From a virus: DNA of 64,000 nt. The notes under the pieces are model-generated. The model saw only the letters and a list, made by a program, of their open reading frames with translations. It did not search any database and was not told the DNA's origin. The stretch lies in the IMG/VR virus record IMGVR_UViG_3300044984_003188; one strand, 5' to 3'. The translations under genes and the position numbers were made by a program. Positions 1-9,643 of this stretch are shown here, piece by piece (the first letter of the stretch is position 1; the number at the start of each line of letters is the position of its first letter).

Positions 1-644
1 TTACCACAACTACCAATACAGCAACATTTGGTAATAGCGTATATATTACCGGTGGTGGAATTGTCGGCATTGGGACTAGTTCACCTAGCCAAAGTTATAA
101 GCTCACCGTTGCTGCTGCTGCATTGGCTTCAACGCTTGGTGCTACTTCTAATGCATTCCAAATATATACCACCACAAATAACGTTGATTATATTAACTTT
201 ACTAAAATCCGCCAAGCCGTAGGATCTGATTGGTCCACATCGGCTTGGAGAATACAGCATGTTGTTGATGCTACTTCCATGGCTTATATCCAATTTAGTG
301 GAAATGGAATACAAAGAGGTTTAACCTTTGGTACCGATAATGCAGAACGCATGCGCATTGATCCTTCTGGCAATGTTGGCATTGGAAATACTACACCAGA
401 TGCTAAGCTTGCTATTACAGGCACGGCTAATATTTCTGGAAATGTAGTAATTGGTGGCGTCACCACTTTAAATGCAAATGTTATTTTAGGGACTTCTGGT
501 TTATCAGCAAATGGTGGTTTTGGTTCTGCTGGTCAAGTTTTAACTTCATCCGGAGACACCGGAAATGTATATTGGTCCACAGCTTCTGGTGGCGGTGGTG
601 TATCAACTGGTAAAGCAATTGCAATGGCAATGATTTTTGGTTAA
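1..644 (+). CDS. Tail fibre/virion structural protein, C-terminal part (5' truncated by window edge)
   Basis: Frame is open from position 3 to the stop at 644. GNVGIG/ERMRI repeats are typical of phage fibre proteins; ends GKAIAMAMIFG. Confidence 0.65.
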   Translation, partial: TTTTNTATFGNSVYITGGGIVGIGTSSPSQSYKLTVAAAALASTLGATSNAFQIYTTTNNVDYINFTKIRQAVGSDWSTSAWRIQHVVDATSMAYIQFSGNGIQRGLTFGTDNAERMRIDPSGNVGIGNTTPDAKLAITGTANISGNVVIGGVTTLNANVILGTSGLSANGGFGSAGQVLTSSGDTGNVYWSTASGGGGVSTGKAIAMAMIFG

Positions 645-658
645 AGGTAATTTAATAA

Positions 659-1018
659 ATGGCAAACCCAAATATAGTAAATGTAACAAGCATTTTAGGA
701 AAAACTGCAGTTGCAAATGTAAGCACAGTATCAAGTAATATTGTCACAAATAGTGCTGGTAGCAATACAATTGTTAAGATCAACACTTTGATGGCATCAA
801 ATATCAATGCCACAGCCACATTTGATTTTTCTGCAAGCATATTTCGCAGCAGCATAGATTATTCACTTGCATCTACAATAGCTATACCATCTGATGCATC
901 TTTGGTTGTTCTTTCTAAGGATACTGCTATTTATTTGGAAGAAGGTGATTCCATTAAATGCACAGCTTCTTCCAATGGTGCTATTGTTGCCGTTTGTAGT
1001 TATGAAATAATCAGCTAA
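659..1018 (+). CDS. Hypothetical virion-associated protein
   Basis: 119 aa, beta-rich, in a structural operon directly after the fibre gene. Confidence 0.6.
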   Translation: MANPNIVNVTSILGKTAVANVSTVSSNIVTNSAGSNTIVKINTLMASNINATATFDFSASIFRSSIDYSLASTIAIPSDASLVVLSKDTAIYLEEGDSIKCTASSNGAIVAVCSYEIIS

Positions 1019-1036
1019 ATATGAGGAAATAGTCAA

Positions 1037-2002
1037 GTGGGCTTTAATTCTTTCAACGGTGGGATAATAGGGAAAGCTAATGAACCATCTGGTAGTGTAG
1101 CAAGTGGTGTGTGGTCATTAGCTAGACAATTTTTAAGTAGAACTAGTAACTTGTGGCCTACTGCAGGACTTAGTGTTGAATTTCTAGTAATAGCAGGTGG
1201 TGGCGGCGGTGGAGGCGGGGTCGGCGGTGGCGGCGGCGCCGGTGGATATCGTAGTTCTGTAATAGGTGAATCTTCTGGTGGTGGATCCACAGCCGAAGCA
1301 ACTATTCTATGTATCCCTCTTACAAATTATACCGTAACAATTGGAGCAGGTGCACCTGCTCCCCCCAACATCAGCACAGTACCAACTTCCGGTTCTAATT
1401 CAGTATTTGATATTATCACATCATCGGGAGGCGGTTCTGGTGCAGGTCGAACCGCTGGTACTTATTCTTCTGCATCAGGTGGTTCAGGCGGTGGTGGTGG
1501 GCGTGTTAACGCCAGTGGTTCACCGACTGGCGCAAGCGGAAGTAGTGGTCAAGGGCGAGCAGGTGGTACTGGTCTCGGTGACTACTCTGCTGGTGGTGGT
1601 GGAGCAAACACAGCTGGTGGTAATGCAACTGCTTCGCTAGCTGGCGCAGGTGGTGGTGGTATAACTTCAAGTATAACAGGATCCGCTTTGGCTAGGGCTG
1701 GGGGAGGTGGTGGCGTAGGTTCTAATGCTGTTGGTGGCGCTGGTGGTGCAGGCGGCGGTGGTGCTGGTGGTGCTATCGGAACAAATGGAACAGTTAATAG
1801 AGGTGGAGGGGGTGGGGGCTCCACTAGCTCAACCAGCGCAAATATCCCAGGTGGTGGTGGATCAGGTATAGTAATTTTAAAATATCCTGCCACTTTTACT
1901 TTAAATGCTAGTGTTGGTTTGACCACTTCAACCACTACAATAGGTGCTAATAAAGTCACACAAATAACAGCCGGTACTGGCACGGTTTCTTGGAGTATAT
2001 AA
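1037..2002 (+). CDS. Glycine-rich virion/fibre-associated protein
   Basis: 321 aa with many GGGGG runs, VEFLVIAGGG and GGSGIVILKY motifs; start codon uncertain (GTG). Confidence 0.65.
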   Translation: MGFNSFNGGIIGKANEPSGSVASGVWSLARQFLSRTSNLWPTAGLSVEFLVIAGGGGGGGGVGGGGGAGGYRSSVIGESSGGGSTAEATILCIPLTNYTVTIGAGAPAPPNISTVPTSGSNSVFDIITSSGGGSGAGRTAGTYSSASGGSGGGGGRVNASGSPTGASGSSGQGRAGGTGLGDYSAGGGGANTAGGNATASLAGAGGGGITSSITGSALARAGGGGGVGSNAVGGAGGAGGGGAGGAIGTNGTVNRGGGGGGSTSSTSANIPGGGGSGIVILKYPATFTLNASVGLTTSTTTIGANKVTQITAGTGTVSWSI

Positions 2003-2003
2003 T

Positions 2004-2384
2004 ATGGCACATTATGCATTTTTAGATGAAAATAACGTAGTCACAATGGTAATAGTAGGCAAAGATGAAGGTGAAGATGGCATTGATTGGGAAGACTTCT
2101 ACGGTGCTGTCCGTACTTCATATAATACCTCAGCTGGAGTTTATTATAACCCTGAAACAAGAGAACCTACGCCAGATCAAAGCAAAGCTTTCAGAAAAAA
2201 CTATGCAGGAATCGGTTACACTTATGATCCTGTGAGAGATGCATTTATTCCACCAAAGCCTTTTGATAGTTGGATTTTAAATGAGGATACATGTTGTTGG
2301 GATCCACCAATCGCTTATCCAACTGACGGAAATCAATACTATTGGGATGAGAACAATTTAAAGTGGGTAGAAATAACTAATTGA
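2004..2384 (+). CDS. Conserved phage protein (MAHYA... type), tail-associated
   Basis: TSYN...FRKNYAGIGYTYD...DAFIPPKPFDSW motif, coupled to the glycine-rich gene. Confidence 0.65.
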   Translation: MAHYAFLDENNVVTMVIVGKDEGEDGIDWEDFYGAVRTSYNTSAGVYYNPETREPTPDQSKAFRKNYAGIGYTYDPVRDAFIPPKPFDSWILNEDTCCWDPPIAYPTDGNQYYWDENNLKWVEITN

Positions 2385-2389
2385 TTCCC

Positions 2390-2397
2390 TATAAATA
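2390..2397 (+). promoter_or_regulatory. T4-type late promoter
   Basis: TATAAATA upstream of gp13. Confidence 0.7.
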
Positions 2398-2428
2398 TAA
2401 AAAAGATATTTTCAAGGAAAATAGATAA

Positions 2429-3169
2429 ATGGCTATACCAACTTCCAGAGCATCCTTTAAAGAATATTGCCTCAGATCTTTAGGAAAGCCAGTGATTGAA
2501 ATTAACGTTGATGATGATCAAGTTGATGATCGTATTGATGAAGCTCTAAAATATTACTGGGATTATCATTTTGATGGTTCTGAAAAACTTTATTTCAAAT
2601 ATCAAGTCACTGATCAAACCAAAATCGACCGTTATGTTCCAATGCCAGAAAATGTAATCGGTGTGGTAAATCTATTTCCTATTGGGCAAGCTCTGAACAC
2701 AAATAATCTGTTTAATATCAGATATCAAATTGCACTAAATGATCTCTATACATTGACCTCTGTTTCAATGGTACCATATTACATGGCTTTGCAACATGTT
2801 CAGTTCCTAGAACAAATGCTAGTAGGTCAACAACCCATCAGATATAATCGCCACATGAATAGACTCTATGTTGATATGGATTGGAATATCATAAGTGCGG
2901 GTGACTATATTGTTGCAGAGGCTTATCAGATAGTTGATCCAGATGTATATACAGATGCTTGGGCTGATCGTTGGCTTCTTCGCTATGCAACTTGCTTGAT
3001 CAAATTACAATGGGGAAACAACCTTAAGAAGTTCCAAGGTATGCAACTTCCCGGCGGGATTCAATTTAATGGTCAAAAGATTTACGAAGAAGCACTCCAA
3101 GAAAGAATTGATCTTGAAAAAGAAATGATTACTTCTTACAGCTTGCCGGTAACAGATATGATCGGCTGA
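2429..3169 (+). CDS. gp13: Neck protein gp13
   Basis: LRSLGKPVIEINVDDDQ..DRIDEAL and LPGGIQFNG motifs; T4 synteny. Confidence 0.9.
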   Translation: MAIPTSRASFKEYCLRSLGKPVIEINVDDDQVDDRIDEALKYYWDYHFDGSEKLYFKYQVTDQTKIDRYVPMPENVIGVVNLFPIGQALNTNNLFNIRYQIALNDLYTLTSVSMVPYYMALQHVQFLEQMLVGQQPIRYNRHMNRLYVDMDWNIISAGDYIVAEAYQIVDPDVYTDAWADRWLLRYATCLIKLQWGNNLKKFQGMQLPGGIQFNGQKIYEEALQERIDLEKEMITSYSLPVTDMIG

Positions 3170-3180
3170 GGGTATACCAA

Positions 3181-3927
3181 ATGCGTGGGTCAGCAAATTT
3201 CTATTTCAATAATTTTGCATCATCAGGAGAGCAAGATCTTCTTCATGATCTGATTATTGAATCCATTAGTATGTATGGGCAAGATATGATCTATCTCCCA
3301 CGTGAAGTAGTAAACTATGATAAACTACTTGGCGAGGATGACCAATCAAAATATACCAAAGCATACCAAATCGTAACATACATTGATTCCATAGATGGAT
3401 TCTCTGGTGATGGGAATTTTGCATCTAAGTTTGGTCTAGAAATACGTGATCAAATCAATCTTATCATTGCACAAAGAATATTCTCCGAAGAAGTAGGTTC
3501 GCAGACCGGTCAAACAAGACCAAATGAAGGTGACTTGCTATTCTTCCCACTCAATAAGAAGTGCTTTATTATCAGATTTGTCGATAAGTTTTCAATGTTC
3601 TATCAATTAGGGACCCTTCCTACTTGGAAACTTACATTAGAACTATTTGAATATTCAAATGAAATATTTGATACTGGCTATGCAGATATTGATATCATCC
3701 AAGAAAACTTTTCATCCAATATTATTGATTGGGCTCTACTTGATGAAAATGGTGATTATCTCACCGATGAATCTGAAAACATTTTGGTCATAGAAAAATA
3801 CAACGTTGAAACAATAAATCCATTTGCAGATAATAATACTCTACAATCCGGAGGTATAAACTTCCCAGAAGGATCAGATGATTTCATTGATTTTACAGAG
3901 AAAGATCCTTTCAGTGAAGGATTCTAA
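3181..3927 (+). CDS. gp14: Neck protein gp14
   Basis: ESISMYGQD..YLPRE, SKFGLEIRD, RPNEGDL, FYQLG motifs. Confidence 0.9.
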   Translation: MRGSANFYFNNFASSGEQDLLHDLIIESISMYGQDMIYLPREVVNYDKLLGEDDQSKYTKAYQIVTYIDSIDGFSGDGNFASKFGLEIRDQINLIIAQRIFSEEVGSQTGQTRPNEGDLLFFPLNKKCFIIRFVDKFSMFYQLGTLPTWKLTLELFEYSNEIFDTGYADIDIIQENFSSNIIDWALLDENGDYLTDESENILVIEKYNVETINPFADNNTLQSGGINFPEGSDDFIDFTEKDPFSEGF

Positions 3928-3929
3928 AA

Positions 3930-4757
3930 ATGTTTACCAATGAACCATTTTACTTTTCTTCAATTAGAAAATATGTCATTCTTTTTGGAACCCTTTTCAA
4001 TAATATTAAAATTACCAGATCAGATAATACTGGAAAAGTAACTTCTCTTATGAAGGTACCCATTGGTTATGGCCCTAAGGAAAAGATGCTTACACGTGTC
4101 ATTCAAGATCCAAATATTGATAGACAAACTGCAATTCAACTTCCTATTATGTCATTTGAAATTACTGGATTCAATTACGACGGTGATCGTAAAAGACAAA
4201 CGGTGCACCGAATTGCATCTATTGATCCAGATAACCCTGATAAAAATAAATATCAATACAGTCCAGTACCTTATAATATTGGATTCTCATTAAGCATATA
4301 TGTAAAAAATGCTGAAGATGGAACTAAAATTGTAGAACAAATACTTCCATATTTTACACCAGATTGGACCACAACAGTCAATCTGATTCCAGAAATGGAT
4401 ATAAAGATGGATATTCCATTGATACTTGAAAGAGTAAACACCGAAGATACCTACACAGGTGATTTTAAAGATCGTAGGGCTTTGGTTTGGACTTTAGAAT
4501 TTACAATGAAAGGTTATCTATATGGACCTATCAAGAAGTCTGGAATCATCAAATATATTGATGTAAATATTCATATTCCATCCATTGATGAATTAGTTGA
4601 TAGCGTAGGTAATACGGATCCAACATCTGCAATTTCAGTGCAGCCTGGTTTACTTGCCAATGGTTCACCCACCACAAATTCTGCTCTATCAATTCCTGTT
4701 TCTCAAATTAAATCAACAGACAATTATGGATTTGTCATTGATATAACGGAAAACTAA
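3930..4757 (+). CDS. gp15: Tail sheath stabiliser/terminator gp15
   Basis: SIRKYVILFGTLFNNI, VPIGYGPKEK, QILPYFTP motifs. Confidence 0.9.
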   Translation: MFTNEPFYFSSIRKYVILFGTLFNNIKITRSDNTGKVTSLMKVPIGYGPKEKMLTRVIQDPNIDRQTAIQLPIMSFEITGFNYDGDRKRQTVHRIASIDPDNPDKNKYQYSPVPYNIGFSLSIYVKNAEDGTKIVEQILPYFTPDWTTTVNLIPEMDIKMDIPLILERVNTEDTYTGDFKDRRALVWTLEFTMKGYLYGPIKKSGIIKYIDVNIHIPSIDELVDSVGNTDPTSAISVQPGLLANGSPTTNSALSIPVSQIKSTDNYGFVIDITEN

Positions 4758-4758
4758 G

Positions 4759-5166
4759 ATGAACGACGATGATCCAATTGGGAAGTCATTAGGGCTTCCA
4801 GCTTATACTAATGAAACCGCGGTGGCTAATATAGTTGCCGCGGCAAAGAATGATTCTGCGAAGGAAGATTTTACTTTTGCTAGAGCCAATATGCGTGAAG
4901 TAATTCAAAATGGGTCGGATGCCATAGAGAGAATGGCACAAATAGCAGATCAGTCTCAGAATGCTAGAGACTTTGAAGTATTATCTAATCTAATGACCAC
5001 AGTTGTCAATGCTTCAGAAAAATTATTAAGGATTCAAAAGGCAATCCGTGAAATTGACCGAACAGATGAACCTCACAATGAAGAGACTAAACAAGTGACC
5101 AACAATTTATTTGTTGGATCAACAACAGAACTTCAAAAGATCTTGTCTGACCTAAAGAACAAATAA
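4759..5166 (+). CDS. gp16: Terminase small subunit gp16
   Basis: C-terminal TNNLFVGSTTELQK motif; lies between gp15 and gp17. Confidence 0.88.
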   Translation: MNDDDPIGKSLGLPAYTNETAVANIVAAAKNDSAKEDFTFARANMREVIQNGSDAIERMAQIADQSQNARDFEVLSNLMTTVVNASEKLLRIQKAIREIDRTDEPHNEETKQVTNNLFVGSTTELQKILSDLKNK

Positions 5167-5189
5167 CCATTCCTTTAAGGTCAATACCT

Positions 5190-5218
5190 ATTATACCAAT
5201 AAAGAGTACTAATGTCAA
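5190..5218 (-). promoter_or_regulatory. Antisense sigma70-type promoter overlapping the gp17 start
   Basis: Minus strand reads TTGACA-17 nt-TATAAT, a perfect consensus. Confidence 0.6.
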
Positions 5219-6858
5219 CAAATATATTTGAACAATTTAAATCTTATAACGGCAATCCAAATTTAAAACGATCTGGAGTTGCCGTTAATTGGACTCCAGA
5301 CATTGTTGCAGAATATGCAAGATGTTCACAAGACGTGATCTACTTTGTAGAAAAATATATGATGATCATCAATGTGGATCGTGGTTTGATTAACTTTGAT
5401 CCATATATCTATCAACGTGAGATGCTCAAGTCCATGACTGATGAGCGCTATACTATTATTGCCACAGCCCGACAGGCAGGTAAGTCTACGGTTACGGTCG
5501 CATTTATTCTTTGGTATATTCTTTTTAATTCAGATAAAACCGTAGCGTTATTAGCAAACAAGGGTGAAACTGCTCGTGAAATCTTGGGTAAAGTTCAATT
5601 AGCCTATCAACATCTGCCCAAGTGGCTTCAGCAAGGTGTCACTGAATGGAATAAAGGTTCTTTTGAACTTGAAAATAATTCCAGAGTTATTGCTGCCGCC
5701 ACATCTTCCGATAACATCCGTGGTTATGCTATTAACTTGATCTTTATTGATGAGGCTGCATTCATTGAAAACTGGGATGAGTTCTTCACCTCAGTATATC
5801 CTACTATTTCTTCTGGTACATCCACAAAACTTATTCTTGTTTCAACTCCAAATGGTCTAAATCACTTCTATCATATTTGGACAAATGCACAGCTAGGCAA
5901 GAACTCTTATAAACCTATTATGGTTCATTGGTCTGCTGTTCCTGGTAGGGATGAAGCTTGGAAACAAGCCACTCTTGCCGCAATGAATTTTGATATACAG
6001 AAGTTCTCTCAAGAATATGAAGTAGAATTCCAAGGAAGTTCTGGTACACTCATTGCAGGTTGGAGATTAAAACAACTTCAAGCTGAAATACCATTTCACC
6101 AAAAAGATGGGCTAACTGTTTATGAGAATTCAGTCAAAGGGAATACCTACGTTTGCATAGTTGACGTATCACGTGGAAAGGGTTTGGACTATTCAGCCTT
6201 TAGTGTGATAGATGTATCAAGAATGCCTTATAAACAGGTTTGTGCTTACAGAAATAATTTGGTGGCACCGATTGACTATGCGGAAGTGGTTTACAGAATA
6301 TCAAAGTCTTATAATACAGCCGCAATTCTTGTTGAAGTAAATGATCTAGGTGAACAAATATCCACCTCCTTGCATTATGATTTTGAATATGAAAATCTTC
6401 TCTTTACCGAAAGTGCTGGGCGAAGTGGTAAAAAAATATCCTCTGGGTTTGGCAATAATGTCGACAAGGGAATAAGAACCACTAAGACAGTTAAGTCCGT
6501 TGGTTGCTCAATACTTAAACTTTTAATTGAGCAGGGGCAACTTTTGGTTAATGACAAGGATACTATATCCGAACTATCTACTTTCTCTAAGAAAGGCGTG
6601 TCTTACGAAGCAGAATCAGGCAATCATGATGATATGGTAATGGGATTGGTTTTGTTTGCTTGGCTTTCCGATCAGTCTTACTTCAAGGATATTACGGATA
6701 TAAATACTCTTGCTAGACTTCGTGAAAAGACTGATGAAGAGATATCTGCTGAATTGCTACCATTTGGTTTTGTTGAGGATGGTCGAGAAGATGAATCTGT
6801 TCTTGACCTCACCCCTAGAGGGAATTGGTTCTTTCAGGTAGAAGATAGTAATTTATAA
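5212..6858 (+). CDS. gp17: Terminase large subunit gp17
   Basis: YNGNPNLK, Walker A ARQAGKS, Walker B IFIDEAAF, STPNG, nuclease HDDMVM. Confidence 0.97.
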   Translation: MSTNIFEQFKSYNGNPNLKRSGVAVNWTPDIVAEYARCSQDVIYFVEKYMMIINVDRGLINFDPYIYQREMLKSMTDERYTIIATARQAGKSTVTVAFILWYILFNSDKTVALLANKGETAREILGKVQLAYQHLPKWLQQGVTEWNKGSFELENNSRVIAAATSSDNIRGYAINLIFIDEAAFIENWDEFFTSVYPTISSGTSTKLILVSTPNGLNHFYHIWTNAQLGKNSYKPIMVHWSAVPGRDEAWKQATLAAMNFDIQKFSQEYEVEFQGSSGTLIAGWRLKQLQAEIPFHQKDGLTVYENSVKGNTYVCIVDVSRGKGLDYSAFSVIDVSRMPYKQVCAYRNNLVAPIDYAEVVYRISKSYNTAAILVEVNDLGEQISTSLHYDFEYENLLFTESAGRSGKKISSGFGNNVDKGIRTTKTVKSVGCSILKLLIEQGQLLVNDKDTISELSTFSKKGVSYEAESGNHDDMVMGLVLFAWLSDQSYFKDITDINTLARLREKTDEEISAELLPFGFVEDGREDESVLDLTPRGNWFFQVEDSNL

Positions 6859-6861
6859 ATA
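6854..6861 (+). promoter_or_regulatory. T4-type late promoter
   Basis: TATAAATA upstream of gp18. Confidence 0.7.
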
Positions 6862-6905
6862 CAACAGAAATTTAAATTTATCTTCTTTAGAAAGGAGTCC
6901 TGAAT

Positions 6906-8978
6906 ATGGCGTTCCCTGTAAGTCCTGATGTAAATGTGACCGAGGTCGATTTAACAACAATTGCGCCCAGTGTGGCTACAACAACTGGTGCAATTGCTGG
7001 TGTGTTTAACTGGGGTCCGATTGGTGAAAGAGTTTCAATTGCTACTGAAAGTGATCTTGTAACTTTCTTTGGTAAGCCAAATGCAAATAACTATGAAACA
7101 TTTTTCACAGCAGCTAATTTTCTATCATATAATAATTCATTATTGGTTGCAAGAGCTGCAAACACCACTAGCATGAATGCAAATGGCACATATGGTGCTT
7201 TTGCCAATGTAGGTGCTGTTACAAATACTGCAAATCAAACTGTAAAAAATAGTGTTGATTACGAAACAAATAAACTGACATTTGATGCAAATGTTGTTTA
7301 TGTTGCTAAGTATGCTGGCGCACTAGGTAATTCACTTCGAGTTTCCGTTTGCGATAGCGTTAATGCATATCAATCAAATGTTACACTAGTAAATACTGAT
7401 GCAAACAATACCGTTACTGGCACATTTGCTCTATCGGTTGGATCTAACACAGCAACTGTCCAATTTGCGGGTAGTAATGCTGCAGGCGCTAATACCTTTG
7501 CTGCAAACTTTGCTTCATCTTTCAGTGCTGGTGATTTAGTCACTATTGGTAATAGCACTGTTGGAACTCAACTTTTAACTTTATCATCCGTTTCTGCTCC
7601 ATCTGGCTCGCCGCCGACGTTAACAATGAATTTTACCGGAATCTATACCCTTGCTTCTGATTTCAGCGCAAATACAAATCTTACAAGAAGCTGGGAATTC
7701 TCGACTTTAGTTGATTCTGCACCAACAACTTCACAATTTGTTTCTAATTTTGGTAATTCAGCAGCAGTTGATACCATGCATGTTGTGGTTGTAGATCAAG
7801 ATGGTATGTTCACCGGTATCAGTGGTCAAATTCTAGAAGTATTCACTGATGTGTCTAGAGCTACAAATGCTAAATCCGTAGATGGTGCTTCAATTTATTA
7901 CAAGCAAGTAATCAATGAAGGCTCAAATTATATCTGGTGGGCAAATGATAGAGCAAATGCTGTAAGCAATACCGCATTAAATGTTACTAGCTCAACAAAT
8001 AATTCTGCATTAAATCTTCATTTTTCTGGTGGGCAGGATGGATTCACTGAATCAAATGCACCTGTTTCAATTCTAGCATCTGGATATGATCTATTCAATG
8101 CTAAAGAAACTTCCGACATCTCACTTGTTCTTCAAGGTAAGCCTACTGGTGGTACCACAACAAGTCAAGGTCTAACTGTAAATAACTTCCAGCTAGCAAA
8201 TTATCTAATCGACAATATTGCTTCTACCAGAAAAGATTGTGTTGTTCTCATTACACCAGATGATACTCTTGCAAGAGCAAATGCAGGGCAGGAAGCTAAA
8301 TATACCGCTGCATGGGCAAATATCATCCGTGATACCTCATATGCAATGATTGATTCCGGTTATAAATATATGTATGACCGTTATAATGATGTTTACCGTT
8401 ATGTGCCTCTAAATGGTGATATTGCAGGCCTCATGGCAAGAACAGAAAATACAAATGATGCTTGGTGGTCTCCTGCAGGTTTCAACCGTGGACAAATTAA
8501 AAATATTGTCAAGCTTCGTTGGAATCCAATTAAGGCCGATAGAGATACTCTATACAAAAATGCAGTAAATCCAGTTGTGACTTTCCCAGGCCAAGGTACT
8601 GTTCTATTTGGTGACAAGACAGCAACAAGAAAACCATCTGCGTTTGATAGAATCAATGTTCGTAGATTGTTTATTGTTCTTGAAAAGTCTATTTCTGAAG
8701 CAGCAAAATATTCACTATTTGAGTTCAATGATGAATTTACAAGATCACAATTTAGAAATCTTGTCAATCCTTATCTTCGTGAAGTTCAGGGTCGCCGCGG
8801 TATCACAGACTTCCTAGTTGTCTGTGATGGGACAAATAATACACCTGAAAGAATTGACAGAAATGAGTTCTGGGGTGATATCTATATTAAACCAGCTAGA
8901 TCTATCAATTTTATTCAACTAAACTTTGTTGCTGTTCGCACTGGTGTCCAATTCTCAACCGTAGTCGGTCAATTTTAA
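6906..8978 (+). CDS. gp18: Tail sheath protein gp18
   Basis: SP.V.V.EVDLT, WWSPAGFNRG, FDRINVRRLF, IKPARSINFI motifs. Confidence 0.97.
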   Translation: MAFPVSPDVNVTEVDLTTIAPSVATTTGAIAGVFNWGPIGERVSIATESDLVTFFGKPNANNYETFFTAANFLSYNNSLLVARAANTTSMNANGTYGAFANVGAVTNTANQTVKNSVDYETNKLTFDANVVYVAKYAGALGNSLRVSVCDSVNAYQSNVTLVNTDANNTVTGTFALSVGSNTATVQFAGSNAAGANTFAANFASSFSAGDLVTIGNSTVGTQLLTLSSVSAPSGSPPTLTMNFTGIYTLASDFSANTNLTRSWEFSTLVDSAPTTSQFVSNFGNSAAVDTMHVVVVDQDGMFTGISGQILEVFTDVSRATNAKSVDGASIYYKQVINEGSNYIWWANDRANAVSNTALNVTSSTNNSALNLHFSGGQDGFTESNAPVSILASGYDLFNAKETSDISLVLQGKPTGGTTTSQGLTVNNFQLANYLIDNIASTRKDCVVLITPDDTLARANAGQEAKYTAAWANIIRDTSYAMIDSGYKYMYDRYNDVYRYVPLNGDIAGLMARTENTNDAWWSPAGFNRGQIKNIVKLRWNPIKADRDTLYKNAVNPVVTFPGQGTVLFGDKTATRKPSAFDRINVRRLFIVLEKSISEAAKYSLFEFNDEFTRSQFRNLVNPYLREVQGRRGITDFLVVCDGTNNTPERIDRNEFWGDIYIKPARSINFIQLNFVAVRTGVQFSTVVGQF

Positions 8979-9002
8979 TTTATAAAGTAGGGGTCAAGGC
9001 AA

Positions 9003-9605
9003 ATGGCTTTCAATATTAATGACTTCAAAGCAAGAGGGCTAGCGTTTGGCGGCGCTAGACCCTCACTATTCCAGGTGGATTTAACACCACCGTTTAGTAT
9101 AACAGATCCGGTAGCTAGTCAAAAATTTACTTTCACATGTAATGCAACTACAATTCCTCCAGCAAATATTGGTTCAGTTCCTGTTCCCTATTTTGGTAGA
9201 AAAATAAAGCTTGCAGGTGATAGAGAGTTTGATGATTGGAGCGTAACAGTTATGAATGATGAGGATTTCCTTGTCAGAAATATGTTCGAAAACTGGTCAA
9301 ATTTAATGAATACTCTAGCATCTAATCTTAAGATTACTCCAGGTAATTCTTATAAGTCAAATGATGCCACTGTTACACAGTTTGCAAAAGATGGCGCAAT
9401 TATTCGTCAATATTCATTTATTGGTCTATTTCCAATAAGCGTTTCAAGCATGGATTTGAACTGGGATGCTACAAACACCATTCAATCCTTTGGTGTAACT
9501 TTTGCATATGACTATTGGGTGCCTCGTAGATCCACAGCCGCACCTGCTTCTGATATTCCTACTGGTCAACCTGGTGCTGGTGCTGGTCTAGCTCCATCAG
9601 AATGA
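9003..9605 (+). CDS. gp19: Tail tube protein gp19
   Basis: GGARPSLFQV, GRKIKLAGDREFDDW, FAYDYW motifs. Confidence 0.95.
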   Translation: MAFNINDFKARGLAFGGARPSLFQVDLTPPFSITDPVASQKFTFTCNATTIPPANIGSVPVPYFGRKIKLAGDREFDDWSVTVMNDEDFLVRNMFENWSNLMNTLASNLKITPGNSYKSNDATVTQFAKDGAIIRQYSFIGLFPISVSSMDLNWDATNTIQSFGVTFAYDYWVPRRSTAAPASDIPTGQPGAGAGLAPSE

Positions 9606-9643
9606 TAAGTATAATTAGTACAAATATTTGAAAGTAATATAGA

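Noticed and set aside
1033-2019. Proline-rich minus-strand ORFs
   Set aside because: Shadows of the glycine-rich GGN codons on the plus strand.
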